Source: Bacteroidales bacterium (lineage in GTDB: Bacteria > Bacteroidota > Bacteroidia > Bacteroidales > UBA12077). From it: a DNA stretch of 64,000 bases. This document shows positions 55,646 to 64,000 of the stretch, piece after piece. A program made the translations under genes and the position numbers. Where the stretch lies: contig DMBU01000068.1 of the NCBI GenBank assembly GCA_003446015.1, positions 27,286 to 91,285 on the forward strand, read 5' to 3'. Position 1 is the first letter of the stretch. The number at the start of each line of letters is the position of its first letter. The notes under the pieces are model-generated. The model was not told the DNA's origin. It did no database searches and was given only the letters and a program-made list of their open reading frames with translations.

Positions 55646-58600
55646 ATGAATATTATTATGCGCAATCGTTTCAATTTACAAGCAAAGCTTGTACAAATTT
55701 TTTTAGTTGTTTTTTTACTTTCTTCAACTAATATTTATGCAAAAAAGGAGGAACCCAAGAAAGAAGAAGATCCTATTAATTCAGGAATTTTAAGTGGCTT
55801 GAAATTCAGAAGTCTTGGTCCTGCATACGCATCAGGACGTATTGCAGATTTTGCGGTAGATCCTAACAATCCTACAGAATTTTATGTGGCGGTTGCCTCA
55901 GGTAACATTTGGAAGACAGTTAATAATGGTATCACATTTAAACCTGTTTTTGATGCTTATGGATCATATTCAATTGGTAGTTTGTCCATGGATCCAAAAA
56001 ATAAAAATGTTGTATGGGCTGGTACAGGAGAAAATAATCATCAACGTGCTTTGGGTTATGGAGATGGAATTTATAAATCTGTTGATGGAGGTGAATCATG
56101 GGAAAATAAGGGACTCAAAGATTCAAGACATATCGGAATGATTGCAATTGACCCAACTAACTCCGATGTTGTATATGTTGCTGCTGAGGGATCTGCCTGG
56201 GGCCCGGGGGGTGAAAGAGGCTTATATAAAACTACCGATGGTGGAAAAACTTGGAATAAAGTTTTAAATATAAGTGAGAATACTGGTGTAAATAATGTTC
56301 TTTTAGATCCAAGAAACTCAGATATTATTTATGTTACAACAGAACAACGTCGTCGACATGTGCACACAAAAATTGGAGGAGGTCCTGAGTCTGGCGTTCA
56401 AAAATCAACGGATGGTGGTAAATCGTGGAAAGTTATTGAGTCAGGACTTCCGGAAGTTGATAAAGGTGGTATGGGAATTGCAATTTCTCCAGTCAATCCT
56501 GATTATTTGTATTTAATAGTTGAGGCCGCTGAAGACCATAGTGGCTTTTATCGATCAACCAATAGAGGCGAATCCTGGGAGAAAATGAGTGATCATGCTT
56601 CAAGTGGACAATATTATAACGAAATTTATTGCGATCCTGTCGATGTTAATAAAGTTTTTTCAGTTGAAACAGTTTCTAAGGTAACCTATGATGGTGGAAA
56701 AACATGGAAAAATTTAGGTATAGATGAGCGTCATGTTGATGATCATGCACTTTGGATTGATCCGAATAATACAAAACATTGGATGATTGGTGGTGATGGT
56801 GGAATATATATTACCTATGATGATGGAGCTAATTACCGTCATGTTTCGAACTTACCAGTAACACAATTTTATCGGGTAGGTGTAGATTATGATTTCCCGT
56901 TCTACAATATCACCGGGGGTACTCAGGATAACAATAGTTGTGTTGGACCTTCGCGAACAACCAGTAAAGATGGTATTGCAAGCGAAGATTGGACTACAAC
57001 TGTTGGTGGAGATGGATTTTGGGCTCAGATTGACCCTGAAGATCCAAATATTGTTTACAATGAGTCGCAATATGGTAACGTCTCACGATACGACAAAAAA
57101 AGTGGTGAAGAACTTTATATCAGACCCGAACCCGGTAAAGGTGAATTAACATATAAATGGAACTGGAATGCTCCTTTTATAATAAGCCCTCATAAACACA
57201 CACGTCTTTATATGGCTGCCAATTTTATTTTTAAAAGTGACGATCGTGGTGAAACCTGGGAGGTTATAAGTGAAGATTTAACGGCCAATATTGATAGAAA
57301 TACCTGGCCTGTAATGGGTAAATACTGGAGTGCTGATGCTGTTCAAAAGGATGTTTCAACTTCATTATACGGTATGGTAATTTCTCTTGTTGAATCACCG
57401 GTAAAGGAAGGTCTGATCTATGCAGGTACTGATGATGGTGTTATATCTGTTACTGAAGATGGAGGTAATAACTGGAGAAAAATAGTGACATTCCCTGGTA
57501 TTCCTGCCAACACATATGTAAGCGATATATTCGCTTCACGATACGATGAAAATATTGTTTATGCTTCTTTTGACAATCGCAAACGAGATGATTTTAAACC
57601 TTATCTATTAATAAGTAAGGATAAAGGAAAAAGCTGGAGTCAAATAACAACAGGCTTCCCTGAGAATGGTACAATACATACCATCGAACAGGATCATATA
57701 GAGAAAGATCTTTTATTTGCAGGAACTGAATTTGGTGCATTCTTCTCATACAATGGAGGGCAGAAGTGGGTTCAGCTAAAAGCAGGATTGCCAACAATTG
57801 CAGTCAGAGATATGGTAATTCAGACAAGAGAAAACGATTTGGTTTTGGCAACATTTGGTAGAGGCTTTTATGTTTTAGATGATTATACTCCATTACGAGA
57901 AGTTAAAAATCCGTTAGTTGAAAAAAATGCTCATCTGTTTCCTATTAAAGATGCCTTATTGTATGTTCAAACAAGTAAAAAATATGGGCAGGGAGCAACT
58001 TATTTCACTTCACCAAATCCGGAATTTGGCGCAACTTTCACATATTATCTAAAAGAACTTCCAAAAACTGATAGGGTAAAACGACAAGAAAAGGAAAAGG
58101 ATTTGTTTAAAGATGGAAAACCAATTCCGCAACCAACATGGAGAGAATTAGAATTAGAAGCTAAGGAAACTAATCCTTATTTAATTTTTACAATTAAAGA
58201 TGAAGATGGTTATGTTATTAAAAAAATCAATAAACAAGCTTCAAAAGGAATAAATAGAATTAACTGGGATTTAGAGTATTCAGGTACTTTCCCAACAAAT
58301 TTGACAAATGATAAATTTGACCCTACAGGAAAGAATAATGGTTTATGGCTTGTATTACCAGGAAAATATTTGGTTTCAGTTTCTATGTACGAAAAGGGAG
58401 AGGTTAAAGAATTAATAGCTGATCAAGCGTTTAATGTCATTCCGCTTAATAATACAACACTTCCGGCAACTGACCGCAAAGCGATGGTTCAGTTCCAACG
58501 AAATGTATCAGAATTGATCAGAGTTATGGCTGGAGCAGTAGATTTTAACGAAGAATTAATTGAGAAAGTTAATTATTTGAAACAGGCAATAGTTATAACT

Positions 58601-58948
58601 CCGGGGGCGAATCATGAATTATTAAAAGAGGCGGAGAAAATTGAAAAAGAACTGGATGAAATTCTATTCAGATTTAATGGGATTAAACCTAAAGCGAGTG
58701 ATGAAGAAATTCCTCCTCAGCAGGTACCATTAACTAACAGGTTGCAGTATATACTATGGGGACAATCAGGTTCTACATCGAATATTACAGCTACAAGCAA
58801 AATGGCGTATGAAATTATTCAGGAAGAACTTCCTGCAATAATCGAAAGACTTAAGGTGCTTGCAACAGTTGATATAAAAAATCTGGAAAATAAAATTGAA
58901 AATGTAAAAGCTCCATGGACACCTGGAAGAATTCCGGTAATTAAATAA
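55646..58948 (+). CDS. Secreted sortilin/VPS10-like BNR (Asp-box) repeat protein
   Basis: Signal peptide after MNIIMRNRF. Many S/T-x-D-x-G-x-T/S-W repeats (SVDGGESW, TTDGGKTW, STDGGKSW, ...). Confidence 0.8.
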   Translation: MNIIMRNRFNLQAKLVQIFLVVFLLSSTNIYAKKEEPKKEEDPINSGILSGLKFRSLGPAYASGRIADFAVDPNNPTEFYVAVASGNIWKTVNNGITFKPVFDAYGSYSIGSLSMDPKNKNVVWAGTGENNHQRALGYGDGIYKSVDGGESWENKGLKDSRHIGMIAIDPTNSDVVYVAAEGSAWGPGGERGLYKTTDGGKTWNKVLNISENTGVNNVLLDPRNSDIIYVTTEQRRRHVHTKIGGGPESGVQKSTDGGKSWKVIESGLPEVDKGGMGIAISPVNPDYLYLIVEAAEDHSGFYRSTNRGESWEKMSDHASSGQYYNEIYCDPVDVNKVFSVETVSKVTYDGGKTWKNLGIDERHVDDHALWIDPNNTKHWMIGGDGGIYITYDDGANYRHVSNLPVTQFYRVGVDYDFPFYNITGGTQDNNSCVGPSRTTSKDGIASEDWTTTVGGDGFWAQIDPEDPNIVYNESQYGNVSRYDKKSGEELYIRPEPGKGELTYKWNWNAPFIISPHKHTRLYMAANFIFKSDDRGETWEVISEDLTANIDRNTWPVMGKYWSADAVQKDVSTSLYGMVISLVESPVKEGLIYAGTDDGVISVTEDGGNNWRKIVTFPGIPANTYVSDIFASRYDENIVYASFDNRKRDDFKPYLLISKDKGKSWSQITTGFPENGTIHTIEQDHIEKDLLFAGTEFGAFFSYNGGQKWVQLKAGLPTIAVRDMVIQTRENDLVLATFGRGFYVLDDYTPLREVKNPLVEKNAHLFPIKDALLYVQTSKKYGQGATYFTSPNPEFGATFTYYLKELPKTDRVKRQEKEKDLFKDGKPIPQPTWRELELEAKETNPYLIFTIKDEDGYVIKKINKQASKGINRINWDLEYSGTFPTNLTNDKFDPTGKNNGLWLVLPGKYLVSVSMYEKGEVKELIADQAFNVIPLNNTTLPATDRKAMVQFQRNVSELIRVMAGAVDFNEELIEKVNYLKQAIVITPGANHELLKEAEKIEKELDEILFRFNGIKPKASDEEIPPQQVPLTNRLQYILWGQSGSTSNITATSKMAYEIIQEELPAIIERLKVLATVDIKNLENKIENVKAPWTPGRIPVIK

Positions 58949-59145
58949 ATGAACAATTTTAATTCATAAAATGTTAGAACCAGGGACTAATTATTCCTGG
59001 TTTTTTTTTATATTTGATTAACGTCATAATTTCGGTGATAAAGGTCCTAAATTATTTTTTTAAAGAAGAAACTATGCTATCATCAGAGCGTATATTTGCA
59101 TAGATAATTGTAACAGATAAAAATAATTTTATTAAATTTAAGGAG

Positions 59146-59268
59146 ATGAAAAAAATTAAATTGATATTAGTGGCATTTGCCTTGGTTTTATTGTGCGGAG
59201 CTTGCCATATGAATGATAAATGCCCTGCATATGCTGATAATTCTGTTGTTGAAGAGAATAATGTATAG
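59146..59268 (+). CDS. 40-aa putative lipoprotein (MKKIKLILVAFALVLLCGACHMNDKCPAYADNSVVEENNV)
   Basis: Hand-translated. Signal plus lipobox-like Cys. Shares the motif D-K/K-D-CPAY with the next small ORF. Confidence 0.45.
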   Translation: MKKIKLILVAFALVLLCGACHMNDKCPAYADNSVVEENNV

Positions 59269-59357
59269 ATTTCTTTTTGTTATTATTTTTTTTTAGATTT
59301 GGTCACCTGATTTATTTTAAATAAATGTAAATAAGTTTTAATTATAACTAAACTATT

Positions 59358-59483
59358 ATGAAGAAGATTATTGTAGCCGCTTTATTTTCACTCTTTGTTC
59401 TTGCAATGTTAAGTTCTTGCAAAAGTAAGGATTGTCCTGCTTATGGGCAAACTGAGGTTGAGCAAGCAGAGATTAACGGATAA
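59358..59483 (+). CDS. 41-aa putative lipoprotein (MKKIIVAALFSLFVLAMLSSCKSKDCPAYGQTEVEQAEING)
   Basis: Hand-translated. Lipobox LSSC. Paralog of 59146..59268. Confidence 0.5.
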   Translation: MKKIIVAALFSLFVLAMLSSCKSKDCPAYGQTEVEQAEING

Positions 59484-59583
59484 TAAAGATTATTATTTGT
59501 AAATAATTACAGGAATATTGAGTTAAAACTCATAATCTGTCTCAAAATTGTTACTTTTACTCTTGAGACAGTTTTTTTATTTT

Positions 59584-60393
59584 ATGAACCTAAAATTTCC
59601 CCTTTTAGTAATCATTATTTTAATTCTTTCCATTAATGCATATTGTCAGGATATTCCAGAGGATATGCCAAAAATTTTTTATCGAAACGAAAAGACTTTA
59701 GGTCTGCAAATAAATACAAATGGTTGGGGCTTAGGATATCGCTTCGGAGATCGAATTAATTATTTCGAAAAAAGAAATTACGAAATTGATTTATCATTAA
59801 TTAAGCACTCTAAGGAAATTAAATCTTCATCGTTTTTTTTAACTAATGAATCCTTTGTTTTTGGAAAGCTGAATTATGTCTTCGATTTACGTGCCGGATA
59901 TGGAAAGCAGAATGAAATGTTTAGTAAAAGAGACCCGGGGAGTGTCGCTATTCGTTATTTTTATTCAATCGGACCTTCGGTAGCATTATTAAAACCAATT
60001 TATTATGAAATCTTATATCCCGTTAACGATAGCACTTATGGTATACGAAAAGAAAAGTTTAACCCTGATATCCACACTTCTGGTGATATAAGTGGGAAAT
60101 CATCTTTTTTTGATGGAATTGATGAGATTAAATTGGTGCCTGGTGCTTATTTAAAAGCAGGCATAAACTTTGAGTTCAGCCAAACAGAGACAATAATTCA
60201 CGCTCTGGAAGCAGGTGTCATGATTCAGGCCTATTTAAACAGTCTGGAAATTATGGCAGTAGATGACAATCAGCAATTTTATTTTACCTTGTTTGTAAGT
60301 TATCGTTTTGGGAAAATTGTAAATGCACAAGAAATATCAGAATCTTATTTGAAGAAACGAAAGAAAAAATTAAGAATATTTAACTGGTTATAA
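59584..60393 (+). CDS. Hypothetical secreted protein, probable outer-membrane beta-barrel
   Basis: Start at MNLKFPLLVIIILILSINAYCQ. Alternating strand-like composition. No catalytic motif. Confidence 0.45.
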   Translation: MNLKFPLLVIIILILSINAYCQDIPEDMPKIFYRNEKTLGLQINTNGWGLGYRFGDRINYFEKRNYEIDLSLIKHSKEIKSSSFFLTNESFVFGKLNYVFDLRAGYGKQNEMFSKRDPGSVAIRYFYSIGPSVALLKPIYYEILYPVNDSTYGIRKEKFNPDIHTSGDISGKSSFFDGIDEIKLVPGAYLKAGINFEFSQTETIIHALEAGVMIQAYLNSLEIMAVDDNQQFYFTLFVSYRFGKIVNAQEISESYLKKRKKKLRIFNWL

Positions 60394-60505
60394 TTCCGTA
60401 TTTGAATCATTTTTCAGTAATTATTTAGATTAATTCTTTCTAATTTCTTGATGAAATCCTTTTAAATCTATAATTTTGATCTCATAAATTAATTCTCACC
60501 TTTAA

Positions 60506-61522
<1,017 letters not shown>

Positions 61523-61535
61523 TTTACTATAATTT

Positions 61536-61572
61536 AAAAAAGCCTGACAGGATTATTCTGTCAGGCTTTTTT
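61536..61572. terminator. Bidirectional terminator after gap
   Basis: AGCCTGACAG / CTGTCAGGCT stem flanked by A- and T-runs. Confidence 0.8.
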
Positions 61573-61591
61573 ATGTACACATATTTTCTGA

Positions 61592-61969
61592 TTAATAAAT
61601 CTCAATTAATTTAAATGGAATATCAATGATGTTTTGATAATGTTTGCCTAATTCCAAAACAGCTTCATCATCCTCTTCGTAATACCAGTTTATTTTACAA
61701 CTATGCCCTTTTGTTTTATATTCCTGAAATAGCTGAAAAAATTCTAAAATAAATTTTGAAGACCCACTGTTAATATATTCAAGTTGAACATTTACCAGAG
61801 TTTCACTTTGTGGACTCTTAAAATATTTATGAACCCAATCAAATAATTTAGTGAAAAATTCTTCAGGATTTTCTGGAATCGATCGACCAATTATTTTAAG
61901 AATTCCAGATTGGGCATCGAAATTAATATATGGGGTTTTAACCGTTTTTTCAATAACCAGTTCATTCAT
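61592..61969 (-). CDS. DUF1987 (SiaC-like) domain protein
   Basis: TPYINFDAQSGILKIIGRSIPENPEEFF N-terminal block is typical of the family. Confidence 0.65.
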   Translation of the reverse strand: MNELVIEKTVKTPYINFDAQSGILKIIGRSIPENPEEFFTKLFDWVHKYFKSPQSETLVNVQLEYINSGSSKFILEFFQLFQEYKTKGHSCKINWYYEEDDEAVLELGKHYQNIIDIPFKLIEIY

Positions 61970-61981
61970 AATATTAATTTA

Positions 61982-63220
61982 TTATTCGTAACGTAATGAA
62001 ATTATTGGATCAAGTTTCGAAGCTTTAATTGCCGGAAACAATCCTGATATTAAGCCGACTAAAAGACAAAGAATTACTCCACTTAATATCCAAAACCATG
62101 GAATAATAAATATCCCACCAGTTACTAAAGATACAACATTTCCGATTAATATTCCTAAAATTATTCCAAAAAAACCTCCAAGTTGCCCAATGAGAACCGA
62201 CTCGTAAAGAAATTGTCGTCTTATGGTTGAGGCCTTTGCACCAATAGCTTTTCGAATACCTATTTCTCTGGTTCGTTCTGTAACGGAAACGAGCATGATA
62301 TTCATTAATCCTATAGCTGCGCCAAATAAGGTTATGATACCTATAATTGTTGCAGCAATGGTTACGTATCTTATATTTTTTATTAATAAGTTGGATAAGC
62401 TGTCGCTTGTTTCAATTGAAAAGTTATTTTTATTAAAGCTTTTTAGTTTACGAATTACTCTAAAAATCCCTTCGGCCTCATTTACTGCAGCTTTCAATAA
62501 CTTAGAATCGTTGGGCAAAACGGATATTCTAAAATTCATATTCGGTCTGGAAAAATACTGACGGACACTAGTTATGGGTAAAACGCATAATTTATCACCG
62601 GCCGAACCAAAACTTGATCCCTTTTCCTTTAAAACACCAATAATCTTATATTTGCCATTTCCTATACTAATTATTTTATCCAAAGGATCTTCATCTTTAG
62701 CAAAGATATCTTTAACTAAGCCGGAACCAATAATTACAACATGCGCATTTGATATAATATCGTTAACTGAGAAATTACGCCCCTGGTTAATTTCATAACC
62801 TGAGGTTAATAAATAATTTTCATCAGATCCAACAACCGAAATGTTAGGATTCGTTTTTTCCGATTTGTATTTTACGGTAGCAATATCAGAAGCTGAGGTA
62901 GAAATTGAAACTAATGCAGGAAAATCAAACTCTTCTTTAAATTTCATTGCTTCTCTATATTCAATACTTGTGAATCGTTCAACTCTTCCACCAACTTGTA
63001 GTCTGCTATCCCTGTTTACTATGGAAAAAGTATTGGCACCCATACTCCTAAACTGATTATTTATAGAACCTTTTATGGAATCAATGGCTGTTAATATTCC
63101 AACAAGAGCCATAATGCCAAAAGCAATGATAAATACAGTTAGTACAGATCTTAATAAATTCGATCGGATTGAACTAAAAGCAATTCTTAAATTTTCTTTA
63201 AACAGATTTTTCTTGAACAT
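61982..63220 (-). CDS. ABC transporter permease, MacB/FtsX family
   Basis: N-terminal TM, large periplasmic MacB-PCD-like domain, and a C-terminal FtsX 3-TM block with REIGIRKAIGA. Confidence 0.85.
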   Translation of the reverse strand: MFKKNLFKENLRIAFSSIRSNLLRSVLTVFIIAFGIMALVGILTAIDSIKGSINNQFRSMGANTFSIVNRDSRLQVGGRVERFTSIEYREAMKFKEEFDFPALVSISTSASDIATVKYKSEKTNPNISVVGSDENYLLTSGYEINQGRNFSVNDIISNAHVVIIGSGLVKDIFAKDEDPLDKIISIGNGKYKIIGVLKEKGSSFGSAGDKLCVLPITSVRQYFSRPNMNFRISVLPNDSKLLKAAVNEAEGIFRVIRKLKSFNKNNFSIETSDSLSNLLIKNIRYVTIAATIIGIITLFGAAIGLMNIMLVSVTERTREIGIRKAIGAKASTIRRQFLYESVLIGQLGGFFGIILGILIGNVVSLVTGGIFIIPWFWILSGVILCLLVGLISGLFPAIKASKLDPIISLRYE

Positions 63221-63443
63221 AATAATTACTTCTTAAGCCAAAAATAATACAACTTGACAACAATTTGTCAAACAGGAAATAATTTTTTAAATAAGTTAAA
63301 GATTGAAGTTGATAAATGAAATTCGTATTTTTACTTCTACTCTGTTATGTAATGTAAATTGATCTCTTACTAAAGAGCCTTAAAAATGCGTTTTGCGACT
63401 TACCATATAACGTTCAAAAATATATATTTAAAAAACCATTATT

Positions 63444-63977
63444 ATGTTTGAGCCAAAGACGAATTATGCGAAAATTGCATTTGATGCTATCTTGTTTTTT
63501 GTATCAACAGATCAAATAAATAAAATAAGTAATGAAAAGATTCCGGCCGATCTGAAACTCAACAGAGCTTGTCTGGTTTTAGTTTATGATTTAAACGATA
63601 ACTTGTTAAGAACGTATGGAGGGGTAAATCCTAAAAATGATTTTTTATATGATGAGATTATTGAAAATGCTATTGGTGCTGCTAAAAAAGGGAAGACTGG
63701 TGAATCTATAAAAAGCAATCAACTAAATCAAATAAAAGTTTTTGTTGAGGTATTTTCAGTACCACATAAAGCAGAAGATTTAAGTGAATTAAAACCTCAA
63801 AAACATGGATTACTTATACAAAATGCTTCTGGTGAAATAAAGTTTATAATGCCAAACCTAAAGGGTATAAATACAATTGATCAGCAAATTGAACAATTAA
63901 AAAAAGAAGCAGGTATTACTGAAAAAGATAATTCAAAGCTTGACCTGTGGGTTTTTAAAACTACACGATACGATTAA
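63444..63977 (+). CDS. AMMECR1-like domain protein (divergent)
   Basis: Weak resemblance in layout (ACLVLVY...LLRTYGG in place of the usual LRGCIG block). Confidence 0.35.
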   Translation: MFEPKTNYAKIAFDAILFFVSTDQINKISNEKIPADLKLNRACLVLVYDLNDNLLRTYGGVNPKNDFLYDEIIENAIGAAKKGKTGESIKSNQLNQIKVFVEVFSVPHKAEDLSELKPQKHGLLIQNASGEIKFIMPNLKGINTIDQQIEQLKKEAGITEKDNSKLDLWVFKTTRYD

Positions 63978-64000
63978 ACGTATGCTTAAAAGTATTAAAA

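Overview
Low-GC Bacteroidota-type chromosome segment. Supporting marks are a SusC/SusD pair, a 287-aa RpoD, Rho with an N-terminal insertion, a tmRNA tag of GENNYALAA, and many ECF-type sigma factors. About 21-64 kb is mostly housekeeping: PPIases, photolyase with a B12/MerR regulator, fatty-acid CoA ligase, tmRNA, rpe, rpoD, rho, pyruvate:ferredoxin oxidoreductase, mgsA, ruvX, def and gap.

The accessory part is about 2.8-20.4 kb and has two linked modules.

(1) Regulatory module:
- a sigma factor with a TPR anti-sigma-like partner;
- a convergent, secreted, membrane-anchored TPR-CHAT (caspase-like) protein;
- an unannotated 52-aa double-glycine (GG)-leader peptide with an acidic, Cys-free core;
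- a second TPR anti-sigma-like paralog;
- a HisKA-only pseudo-kinase;
- three stand-alone LytTR DNA-binding proteins.

(2) Peptide (bacteriocin/RiPP-like) locus:
- a fusion of a degenerate C39-like domain, VKOR and thioredoxin;
- five short GG-leader precursor genes, four of them absent from the ORF track. Three have Cys-rich cores and two carry a different leader class;
- a repeated ~50-nt 5' element in front of four of the precursors;
- a radical SAM/SPASM maturase, a CPBP immunity-type protease, a C39-ABC exporter and a HlyD partner.

A four-helix-bundle (23S-IVS-type) gene flanked by inverted heptamer arrays sits between the ABC and HlyD genes. All functional calls rest on motifs read by eye. 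No database search was run.
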